Assembly: GCA_016720805.1 (NCBI GenBank) | Contig: JADKJZ010000002.1 | Span: 92,664 to 156,663 of the forward strand | Origin: Gemmatimonadota bacterium | GTDB taxonomy: Bacteria > Gemmatimonadota > Gemmatimonadetes > Gemmatimonadales > GWC2-71-9 | Direction: 5' to 3' | Length of the DNA: 64,000 nucleotides | Shown here: in pieces, positions 9,380 through 17,577 of the stretch | Position numbering within the stretch: the stretch's first letter is position 1 | Layout of the letters: each line of letters begins with the position of its first letter | Notes under the pieces: generated by a model | What the model was told of the DNA's origin: nothing | The model's input: only the letters and a program-made list of their open reading frames with translations | Databases searched by the model: none | Position numbers and translations under genes: made by a program

Positions 9380-9589
9380 GGTGAAGCGATCCGGCAGAGT
9401 GCCGGGTCGACGTCAGGGTATGCGCAGCCACCGAGCGGGGAGCGACATGGTGCGTGGGGTGTCGACCATGCGTTGGTGTCGAAGGCGCGCCACGCCTCGT
9501 TCCGCCGTTGCTTGCCTGCGATTACCGGCCGTTCCATACTTCCCCGCTCCACGGCGCAATGCACCCTTCCTGACGAGCGAGTACCCACC

Positions 9590-10312
9590 ATGGCGACCGA
9601 GACCACGATCGGCATCGACGAGGATCGGCGCCGCGCCCGCGCGGAGCATCAGGCACTCCTCCGACGCATCATCGCCGTCTACGACTCGCCGATCATCCGG
9701 GCCTATTGCACCATCCGCTTCCTCATCATCAACATCGACATTCTGCAGATCATCGGCCTCGGGATGCGCGACAAGCGACGGGTGCTGGAAATCGGCTGCG
9801 GCTTCGGGCTGTTCGGGCTCTACTTCGCTTCTCGCAACCCGGCGTTGCTCTACCACGGCTTCGATATCGATGCCGGACGGATCGCGATGGCCCGTGAGGC
9901 GGCCAAACGGCTGGGGCTCACCAATCTCCGCTTCGAGGTTGGGGATGCCTGCACCGACTTGCCGCTGGACGCGAGCTATGATTGCGTGGTGATGATGGAC
10001 TTGTTGCACCACTTGCCGGACAGCGGCAAGGCACGGCTGCTGCAGGCGACCGTTCCGCGGCTGGAGCCGGGTGGACGCCTCGTGATCAAGGAGATCGCGC
10101 GGCGTCCCGCCTACAAGCGCTGGTTCACCTGGCTGCTCGACGTCGCGATGACGCAGAGCTTCGACATGTGGTACCGACCGGCGGAGACCTATCGTGCCCT
10201 CGTGGCGCCAGAGCTCACGATGGAGACCTATCCGATCGCGGACTGGCTACCGTATCCCCATGTCGTGTACCTCTTCACCCGCCCGGAGGGCGCTCAGGAC
10301 CCGGCGGCCTGA
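9590..10312 (+). CDS. Class I SAM-dependent methyltransferase
   Basis: Only the last 240 aa of the 714-aa track ORF look real. ATG at 9590. Motif I VLEIGCGFGLFGLYFA, acidic loop GFDID, motif post-II VVMMDLLHHL, and GGRLVIKE. The 3' end overlaps the convergent radical-SAM gene by 19 nt. Confidence 0.85.
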   Translation: MATETTIGIDEDRRRARAEHQALLRRIIAVYDSPIIRAYCTIRFLIINIDILQIIGLGMRDKRRVLEIGCGFGLFGLYFASRNPALLYHGFDIDAGRIAMAREAAKRLGLTNLRFEVGDACTDLPLDASYDCVVMMDLLHHLPDSGKARLLQATVPRLEPGGRLVIKEIARRPAYKRWFTWLLDVAMTQSFDMWYRPAETYRALVAPELTMETYPIADWLPYPHVVYLFTRPEGAQDPAA

Positions 10313-11480
10313 CTGGCGTCCCGCGCCTCGTCGGCGCTCGAGGCCCCACCCTTGGCCTTGGGACCATCCTGCTCGAGGTTGATCGGCACCCGTTCCGAGG
10401 GATGAAGCGGGAGCGCCCGACTCCACACCTTCCCGCGCACCAGCGCCTGCACCAGCGGAATCGGCTGATAGGCGATGCTCGACCACATGAAGACCTCGGT
10501 CGTGCAGTGGCATTCCTTGTTCGCGATCGAGGCGCGGAGCCGCTTCGCCTCCTCCGAATGCCAGATCTCGGGGAAGGTGTTGTTGCGCAGGTTGCCGATC
10601 GGCGCGTGAATCTCGCAGACACCGACATCCCCGTTCGCGTACACGACCCCGGAGATCCGACCCGCCTTGCACGGGATCACCTGTCGGTTCTGCTTGACGG
10701 TTTCCACCTTGCCCCACTGCAGCATCGGCTCCATCAGGAGCCGCGCCGCCCGACCTCCCGCGGCGCCCAGAGCCGCCGGATGTACTCGTAGAGCTCCTCG
10801 TACAGCGCCAGGCTCGGTCCCACCAGCGTCGGATTCTTCCGGTCGCCGCGGATGATCGCGAGGTTGTGGTGGTCCATCTGCGGACACCGTTCATACAAGT
10901 AGGTCGTCAGCTTCCGGATCTCGTCCATGTTGACGTCGGTGGCCGTCGAGATGGAGTGGATGCGCAGCCGCGGGTCGGACTTCTGCAGCTCGACCAGCGC
11001 GTCGTACGTCTCCATGGCATGCTGGAAGGCGTGGCGCGCGACGCGGAAGTTGTCGTGAAATTCCGGCATGCCGTCCAGCGAGATCTCGGCGACGAACAGC
11101 TTGAGGCTCGGCTCCTTGAGGACCTCGGTGATCGCCGCGATCGTCCGGGCCGTGAAGTAGCCGTTCGTCGGGACGTAAATCTCCTTCACCCCGTTGTGCT
11201 GGATGAACTGCCGGCAGATCTCGCCGAATTCCGGGCGAAGGAACGGTTCCCCGCCGGAGAGATTCAGGTTCTCGATCTTCCCCAGCGAGCGCGAGAGGGC
11301 AAAGAGCTCGTCCTTCGTCAGGTCGTTCTTCTGGTTCAGGGCGGTCCAGTAGAAGCAGTGCTCGCACTTCATGTTGCAGATCGAGTTGATGAACAGCACC
11401 AGAAATGGCGGGCTATCCATGTCGCGATAGGAGTAACTCGTCAGCCGGGCATGACGCGCCAGGCGCTGGATCGGGTTCAT
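10294..11480 (-). pseudogene. Radical SAM enzyme with C-terminal SPASM/twitch-like Cys cluster, apparent frameshift near 10745-10770 (authentic or sequencing error)
   Basis: N-terminal frame ([10 protein letters not shown]...) has the CxxxCxxC motif CNMKCEHC, plus GGEPFL and a TIM-barrel-like core, and ends ...[17 protein letters not shown] second frame continues ...[44 protein letters not shown]...NKECHC. That fits the Cx12Gx4C and CxC pattern of auxiliary-cluster domains. Confidence 0.75.
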
Positions 11481-11561
11481 CGACACCCTCGGGGGGATGG
11501 TTGAGCTGCTTGAGGGGAGCAAGGGCCGGGCCAGACGCTCACCCGCATCGGTGAATATGCA

Positions 11562-11607
11562 CCGAGGGACCCCGGGACGCGCCCTCTGGCGGGCCGGGGT
11601 CCCTCGG
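11562..11607 (-). terminator. GC-rich hairpin downstream of the repeat-lipoprotein gene
   Basis: Perfect 14-bp inverted repeat: ccgagggaccccgg (11562-11575) and ccggggtccctcgg (11594-11607), 18 nt after the stop at 11625. No clean U-tract. Confidence 0.45.
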
Positions 11608-11624
11608 TTGCGACATCGGGGCGG

Positions 11625-14600
11625 TCAGGGAGTGCGATACAGCGTCAGGACGCCACTCTGGGTCGGCGAAATGCTGACCGTCCCGTTGGCAGTCGCCGTG
11701 ACACTGGGGAGCGTGCTCCGCGTGCCGGACGAATTGGTCATTTCGACCCCGTAGGTGCCGACGCGCATGCCCCCGACGGTGTAGGTGCCCGGGGCATCGA
11801 TGTGCAACACCACGGCCATCCCCGCTCCAGGATTGGTGAACGCCACCGGACGGACCGAGCCGCTCAGGCTGGTGGCCGCCACCCGGGTCGCGCCGGCCCG
11901 CACGTAGCGGAAGTACTGGCGCAGCGACTTCGTCAGCGCCCCCATCACCGGCCGGCCGCCGCTGATGTAGTAGTACTGGGCGCCGTTGTCGTTGGTCGGG
12001 TAGGCGAGCGTGTACTGCTGCCACGCCGACACGTTGCCGAGCGTCAGGTCTGCGTAGAGATCCTCGACACCGCTCCCGATATGCTCGAGCATTGCGGTGC
12101 CGAGGCCGAGCTGCGCCGCGCGCGTCTTGATGCCGACCACGTTGGCGTCGGAGACGCCGGCATAGCGGTGGTAGGCGACGTCCGTGAGGTAGGTGAGCGC
12201 ACCCGGGACGGCCACAATCTGATTGAGATAGGCCACGGCGTTGCCCATGTTCATCACCGACGGCGCAATGAAGTCGGGATGGAAGCCTGCCGCGGCGAGG
12301 CGCGCACCGGTCGTGGCGATCAGGCCGCCAATGCCGGTCCCGGTCCGGATGGTGTTGTTGTCCGGCTCGAGAATCACTTCGACCGCGTTCGGCACGAAGC
12401 CGTACTGGCTCTGCATGTGCTGGAAGGTGGCCAGGATCAATTCGGCGTATTCGGCCGCCGATTGCTGTGCCGTCGAGTTGCCGAAGGAGACGTAGTTCAA
12501 GTTGACGTACAGCGCCTCACCGCGCGCCGCGAGCCGCGTCCGCATCGGCAACACCGTCGATTCGATCGACTCATCCAGCTTCGACCACTTGAAGCCCGAA
12601 CCATTGGCGCTGTTCGGATCGGCGTTGTCGTTGACCCAGGCATAGCGCTGCGCGTTGTACTGCGCGGAGGTGATCGTGCCGGCACGGTACTGCGCGTAGT
12701 AGTCGACGGTATTTTCCGCGCCGCTGGCAATCTCCAGGCGGAGACGGTTGATGCCGAGGTCGTTGGCGGCGAGATCCATCAGTTCCGTCTGATATCCCGC
12801 GAACCCCGGCTCCGCCTGCCCGACCTGCGTGGTGGCTTCCCATCCCGTCATCAGCTGGAAGCGGATGGTCGTGTCCACGGTGATGGTCGCCGGCGCGGCG
12901 ACGGCGGTGTAGGCCACCGATCGGGTCGCCGTGGCGCCGGCCGTGACCGTCGCGGTCTGCGAACTCGGTGCCGGGGTGTAGCTGGTCCCGCCCGACGTCA
13001 CGGTGCTCGAGGTGATGGTGTACGTGCCGGGCGTCAATGCGGTGATGGTCTCGGTCGCAGTCACCGAGTGGCTGTAGCTGTTCGGTCCGGTCACCGTGAT
13101 GACGGAATTGGCGCCACCCGGGAGCCCGCTCACCGTCACCGTCAATTGCCCGGTGGTGGGTGCCGGCACGGCGTAGGCGATGCTGCTGCTGCTGCTGCCA
13201 CCCGCCGTGATCGTGGCGGCCTGCGAAGTCGGGGTGGCGAGGTAGGTGACACCACTCGCGACCACCGACGTCGCGGCGACGGTGTAGCTGCCCGGCAACA
13301 ACCCGGTGATCGTCTCATTGGCCGTGACGGCATGGCTGTAGCCGTTCGGTCCGGTCACCGTGATGGCCGCATTCGCGCCACCCGGGAGCCCGCTGATCGT
13401 TACCGACAACTGTCCGGTGGTCGGCGCGGCCACGGCATAGGCGACGGCACCGGTACCGGTGGCGCCTGCCGTCACGGTCACGACCTGCGAAGTCGGTGCG
13501 GGCAGATAGCTCACACCGCTGAGTACGACCGGTGTGGCGGTGACGGTGTAGCTCCCCGGTGCCAATCCCTCGAGGGTCGTCGTCGCGGGGACCGCGCGGC
13601 TGAAGCCGTCCGGTCCGGTGACGGTGATTGCCGCCGCGGCGGGGGCGGGGACGCCGCTGACCGTCAGCGTCAGGCTGCCGGTGGTCGGGCTCGGCGCTGC
13701 GTAGCTGAAGGCGGTGACCGTGCGAACGCCGGCGGTGATCGCCGCCGCCTGGGCGGTAGGCGTCGGGAGATAGCTGACGCCACCGACCGTCACGGCGCTC
13801 GCGGTGACGGTGTATCCACCGATCGGAAGCGCGTTGATCGTTTCGGAGGTCGTGACCTGACGGCTGTATCCGTTCGGGCCGGTCACCGTGATCGCGGCCG
13901 CCGCACCACCCGGGAGGCCGTTGATGTCGACCGCCAGCTGCCCCATGCTGGGGGTGGGCGCGACATAGAGGACCGAGACGGCGACCGTGGTGCCCCCGAC
14001 GACGGTGGCAACCTGCGACGCCGGGCCAGCCAGATAGTTGACGCCGGTGACCGTGACGGGACTGGCGGCAACAGTGTAGCTGCCGGGCGTCAGGCCGTCG
14101 ATCGTGGTCGAGGCGGTGACCTGGAACGGGGTGCCATCGGGGCCGGTCACCGTGATGGCGGCGGCCGCGGGAATCGGGAGGCCGGCGATGGTCATCTGAA
14201 GCTGTCCCAACGTCGGCGAGGGCACGCTGTAGGCGACGTTGGCGGTGGCGCTCGCACCGGCGACGATGGTGACGGTCTGGGACGACGGAGACGGCGTGTG
14301 GCTGAGGCCGTTGACGAGCACGGCGACGGAATTGACGGTGTAGGAGCCCGGCGCCAATCCATCGATGACGGATGTCGCGTTCACGAGGCGTGCGTAGCCA
14401 TTCGGTCCGCTCACGGCGATCGCCGCCGGCGCACCGCCGCCGAGACCGGTGACCTGGAGGTTGAGTCCTCCAGTCACCTGGGTGGACGGTGGTGCATAGG
14501 TCACGGCAACCGCGGCGACGTTGCCGCCGGTGACCGTGATCACCTGCGAGGCCGGGGTCGGGATATGTCGCGCGCCCTCGACCGCCACCTCGCTGGCCGC

Positions 14601-15395
14601 CACGGTGTAGCTGCCGGGGGTCAGCTGCTCGAGCTGCGACGAGGCCGTCAGAGTCGCTGCGAAGTTGTTGGGGCCGCTGATCGTGATCGCGGCCATCGCG
14701 CCAGTCGGGAGCCCGCTGGTGGTGACCGAGAGCGCACCGCTCGCCGCCACGACCCGGCGATACTGCACGACGCCGGTCCGCATTTCGGCGGTCACCACGA
14801 CGACCGATTGACTCGCCGGTTCCGCCGCGTAGGTCTCGCCATCGATCGTGACGGGATTGGCCGCGATCAGATAGGTGCCGGCAATGAGGCCAGCCGCGGA
14901 GGTGGTCGTCGTCAGGTTCTGGTAGAAGCCGCTGGGGCCGGAGACGGCGACCGCGCCATTCACGCCGGCCGGCAGCCCTTCGACGGCCACCGTCAGGCTG
15001 CCGGAACGCGGTGCCCCCGGATGGTAGTCGACGTGGGCGCTTGCCGTGCCGCCGCCGTTGACGGTGATGGTCTGAAACGCCGGGCTGGCCAACAGGGTGA
15101 CGTCGGCGGCGTCGACGTCCTGCGCCGCGAGCTGGTACTCGCCCGGCGTGAGGCCGGAGAGCATGCGGCTCGAGGTGAGGGTATCAATCCGGTTTGGTCC
15201 GATGACGATCAGGCGACCTGCCACACCCGCCGGCAACCCGGAGAGCGACAACTCGAGGGCACCGGTCGGCGCGGGACCCGTCAGGCCGCCACTGTCGGTC
15301 TCGCCACACGAGGCGGTCAGCAACAACGCCAGAAGAACGCGCCACCCGAGGGTGGTACGGGAAGATTTGGAGGAAATCGGCGTCATGTTCGTCAT
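11625..15395 (-). CDS. Cell-surface lipoprotein: nine tandem Ig-like repeats fused to a C-terminal GH30-like glycosidase-fold domain
   Basis: 1256 aa. Lipobox-like LLALLLTASC. The repeats cover aa 45-835. The last 421 aa align by eye to GH30 landmarks: VTVD..IRFQ.M.GWE, LGINRLRLE, EVILEPDN, FIAPSVMN, VAYHRYAG, AMLEH, SAWQQY, LRQYFRYVRAGATRV, plus a terminal beta-sandwich. Confidence 0.85.
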   Translation of the reverse strand: MTNMTPISSKSSRTTLGWRVLLALLLTASCGETDSGGLTGPAPTGALELSLSGLPAGVAGRLIVIGPNRIDTLTSSRMLSGLTPGEYQLAAQDVDAADVTLLASPAFQTITVNGGGTASAHVDYHPGAPRSGSLTVAVEGLPAGVNGAVAVSGPSGFYQNLTTTTSAAGLIAGTYLIAANPVTIDGETYAAEPASQSVVVVTAEMRTGVVQYRRVVAASGALSVTTSGLPTGAMAAITISGPNNFAATLTASSQLEQLTPGSYTVAASEVAVEGARHIPTPASQVITVTGGNVAAVAVTYAPPSTQVTGGLNLQVTGLGGGAPAAIAVSGPNGYARLVNATSVIDGLAPGSYTVNSVAVLVNGLSHTPSPSSQTVTIVAGASATANVAYSVPSPTLGQLQMTIAGLPIPAAAAITVTGPDGTPFQVTASTTIDGLTPGSYTVAASPVTVTGVNYLAGPASQVATVVGGTTVAVSVLYVAPTPSMGQLAVDINGLPGGAAAAITVTGPNGYSRQVTTSETINALPIGGYTVTASAVTVGGVSYLPTPTAQAAAITAGVRTVTAFSYAAPSPTTGSLTLTVSGVPAPAAAAITVTGPDGFSRAVPATTTLEGLAPGSYTVTATPVVLSGVSYLPAPTSQVVTVTAGATGTGAVAYAVAAPTTGQLSVTISGLPGGANAAITVTGPNGYSHAVTANETITGLLPGSYTVAATSVVASGVTYLATPTSQAATITAGGSSSSSIAYAVPAPTTGQLTVTVSGLPGGANSVITVTGPNSYSHSVTATETITALTPGTYTITSSTVTSGGTSYTPAPSSQTATVTAGATATRSVAYTAVAAPATITVDTTIRFQLMTGWEATTQVGQAEPGFAGYQTELMDLAANDLGINRLRLEIASGAENTVDYYAQYRAGTITSAQYNAQRYAWVNDNADPNSANGSGFKWSKLDESIESTVLPMRTRLAARGEALYVNLNYVSFGNSTAQQSAAEYAELILATFQHMQSQYGFVPNAVEVILEPDNNTIRTGTGIGGLIATTGARLAAAGFHPDFIAPSVMNMGNAVAYLNQIVAVPGALTYLTDVAYHRYAGVSDANVVGIKTRAAQLGLGTAMLEHIGSGVEDLYADLTLGNVSAWQQYTLAYPTNDNGAQYYYISGGRPVMGALTKSLRQYFRYVRAGATRVAATSLSGSVRPVAFTNPGAGMAVVLHIDAPGTYTVGGMRVGTYGVEMTNSSGTRSTLPSVTATANGTVSISPTQSGVLTLYRTP
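12891..15263 (-). repeat. Nine in-frame tandem coding repeats of about 264 nt (88 aa)
   Basis: Consensus G(Q/S)L(S/T)(V/L)T(V/I)SGLPGGA(N/A)AAITVTGPNGYS..VT..ETI..L.PGSYTV.A..V...GV.Y...P.SQ...I.AG......AY..P.PTT. Repeats 5-9 are much more alike than repeats 1-3. Confidence 0.85.
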
Positions 15396-15896
15396 CGTCA
15401 GTCCAGTTCCATTGGGATGCAGCCCAACGACGAGCCTCGTCGTCGGACGTCCCCCGCGTCTCGCGAAGGGGGAATCCCGCTGGCGGCTGGGCGGGCTGCC
15501 ACACCGTCGATACGGCGCTGGCGGACAGCTCCCTGGCTCTGCGACTCCGGGTCGCCCCGGGTGTGCTCTGTGCAGCGGTATGTCACCTGCGCCGGGCTGT
15601 TCTCCCGGTCCTGGTGTTTAGAAACTGCAAGGGAGAGGCCACAGTCGCCTCCCGCGCGTACATATCCAATAAGCCGTTGTTTTATAACGACTTATACGAC
15701 TGCATATCGGCGACTGCCATTCAGAGTATCGGCAGGCTATCTCACAAATAGACAGTGCACCACCGGCCGGCGCCTGCCTGGAGGCATCCGGCCCCTCACG
15801 CGGCAAGGTGCCGAGTGGGGGCGGTAAGGTACTGCATGGTGCAGAGTTGGCTGGAAGCGGGTCGCGGCAGGACGGGGCGGGATACTGCGGGGGTGG

Positions 15897-17390
15897 TTAC
15901 TGGGTCGCGGGTCGCCGTTTGAGGATGCGCACCTCACCGCCGCCAATGCTGGCCGGAACCTGGTGCGCGATGGTATAGGCGGAGTCGAGGTAGCTGGCGA
16001 GTGCCGGGGCCGTGGACTCCAGCCGGATGGGAAAGGTGGTGACCACCCACGTGGTCGCTGTTCCGGCCTCCAGCGCCTGCAGCTCGCCGACCGTGCGCAC
16101 GATCGGCCACTGCTGCCCGAGCCACTGGTTCATCGGGAGTTCCATCATCTCCGTGCCGATGATCGGCTCGGTCGGCGTCCGCGCCTCGGCGAGCCAGGTC
16201 AGGGCGGCGGGGTAGTCCTGTTTCGGCGCCCAGGCGCGAGGCAGCAACAGCAATGACGCCAGCGTGACGGCTGACAGTCCCGCGTCCCCGATCCTGGTCG
16301 CGGCGCGAGGCAGCAGGCGCGCCAGCACCACGAAGCCACCGTGCACAGCCCACTGCACAACGAACGCGGCACCAAAGAAGAAGAACCGCGGCCACATGTT
16401 GTGACCGGTCGAGAGCAGCAGCGCCGCCATCATCAGCAGCGGCAGGACCATCATGATGGCCGCGAGTCGGTGGTGTCGCCACGCATCGTGCAGTCCGGCA
16501 AGCACCACCACGGCCGTGACCGGCAGCACCAGCGCACCGGCTGGCACGCCACGGATCAAGCCGGCAATCGCCTCGGCCAGAAACCACCCCGGGCGCTGCC
16601 ACTCGGCGCCCGTGACCCCCGTCCCGGACGATCCCAGCGCCCCGACGAGTTGGGGGAGGACCGGCGCGTAGAGCATCATCGCCACCGTGCCACCGAGGAC
16701 CAGCGCCACGCCGGGCGCCCAGCGTGCGGTGCCCCGTGGCTGCGCACGCAGCCACAGGAGCCAGCACACCCCGTGACCGGCCACGACGACCAGGGCGGTG
16801 ACGTGCGTCAGCAGCGTCAGCGCCACGACCAGCGCGTAGCTCCAGACCCGACGCCTCGTCGCAGGCGTGTCGCGGAGCATGTCGAGCATCAGGCTGCTGG
16901 AGACCAGGGTGCCGAGCAACAAGCCGGTGTAGCCGCGCGCGTTCTGGGAGAACCAGACGTGGTGGTAGGACACGGCGAGCAGGGCGCCGGACCACCACGC
17001 CTCGCGCGCGGGGATCCAGCGACGGCCGAAGGCCACGGTGGCCCAGAGACTCAACACGCCGAAGATCACGGCGGGAAGTCTGAGCATTGCCGCCGATTCT
17101 CCGCCAATCGCCCGCACGCCGCGGGCGGCGATCGAGAAGAGAAAGTGCTGATTGGTGCTGTCGAAGGTCGTGAGCAGGACACTCCACGGCTGGCGCACGT
17201 ACTCGACCAGCGTCTGGATTTCATCAAACCAGAGGCCGTCGTTGAGGCCGGGGAGGCGGGCGGCAAGGCCGACGATCAGCAGCACGAGGACGGGGATGAG
17301 GGGGAGCGGAGGCGCGGCTGTGGCCGCGGCGTCATGCGACGGCACGATGCGGCGCAGCCAGCGCGCGACCACGACATGCGCGGCCAGCAA
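15897..17390 (-). CDS. GT-C fold glycosyltransferase, PMT_2 / GT39-GT83 (ArnT/Pmt-like) family
   Basis: 497 aa and multi-TM throughout. First-loop acidic motif LNDGLWFDEIQT. The C-terminal soluble region of about 90 aa is probably periplasmic. TTG start as in the track; the true start is uncertain. Confidence 0.7.
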   Translation of the reverse strand: MLAAHVVVARWLRRIVPSHDAAATAAPPLPLIPVLVLLIVGLAARLPGLNDGLWFDEIQTLVEYVRQPWSVLLTTFDSTNQHFLFSIAARGVRAIGGESAAMLRLPAVIFGVLSLWATVAFGRRWIPAREAWWSGALLAVSYHHVWFSQNARGYTGLLLGTLVSSSLMLDMLRDTPATRRRVWSYALVVALTLLTHVTALVVVAGHGVCWLLWLRAQPRGTARWAPGVALVLGGTVAMMLYAPVLPQLVGALGSSGTGVTGAEWQRPGWFLAEAIAGLIRGVPAGALVLPVTAVVVLAGLHDAWRHHRLAAIMMVLPLLMMAALLLSTGHNMWPRFFFFGAAFVVQWAVHGGFVVLARLLPRAATRIGDAGLSAVTLASLLLLPRAWAPKQDYPAALTWLAEARTPTEPIIGTEMMELPMNQWLGQQWPIVRTVGELQALEAGTATTWVVTTFPIRLESTAPALASYLDSAYTIAHQVPASIGGGEVRILKRRPATQ

Positions 17391-17577
17391 GGCGAGGAAA
17401 AGCCAGAGTCCGACTGTGACGTCGGATGCGCCGGGAGCGACCGTTGCATCGCGGAGGACCGTCGCCAGTGTGCCCGGAAGGTTCGGCAGCCGAGACCCCT
17501 GAAGTGTGGGTTATCCTTTTGGCACGCCCAGTATACGCATTCCACGTTGGACCCGACAGGGAAGCCCGGGAGGGTGC

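Noticed and set aside
8168-10312. 714-aa plus-strand ORF as one protein.
   Set aside because: The first ~470 residues are antisense to the beta-lactamase-fold, DUF1801 and DinB genes and have junk composition. Only 9590-10312 (the methyltransferase) is credible.
10294-11480. Radical-SAM enzyme as the anaerobic sulfatase-maturating enzyme for the Cys-type sulfatase at 28151-29734.
   Set aside because: It lies 17 kb away in an unrelated neighbourhood. I count too few C-terminal cysteines for the two auxiliary clusters of anSME, and the N-terminal region does not resemble anSME. No FGE (SUMF1-type) gene is visible in the window either, so the maturase is presumably encoded elsewhere.
12891-15263. 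Regular ~264-nt periodicity that could suggest a CRISPR array or satellite.
   Set aside because: The period is far longer than CRISPR repeat-spacer units. There is no short conserved repeat with unique spacers. The whole array is one open reading frame encoding Ig-like modules.
15610-15760. Low-GC island as a remnant of an insertion sequence or an integration site.
   Set aside because: There are no terminal inverted repeats, target-site duplication, transposase or integrase fragment, or adjacent tRNA. A promoter or leader region is the simpler explanation.
11802-15827. 1341-aa plus-strand ORF, the longest in the track. Similar long ORFs occur at 18-1163, 1043-2464, 16341-17951, 17332-18993, 20166-22370, 24853-27135, 28241-30013, 40631-42856, 44159-45856 and 59012-60781.
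   Set aside because: They run antisense to genes with clear family signatures. They are dominated by Arg, Gly, Asp, His and Pro and contain no recognisable motifs. This is classic shadow-ORF behaviour in high-GC DNA.
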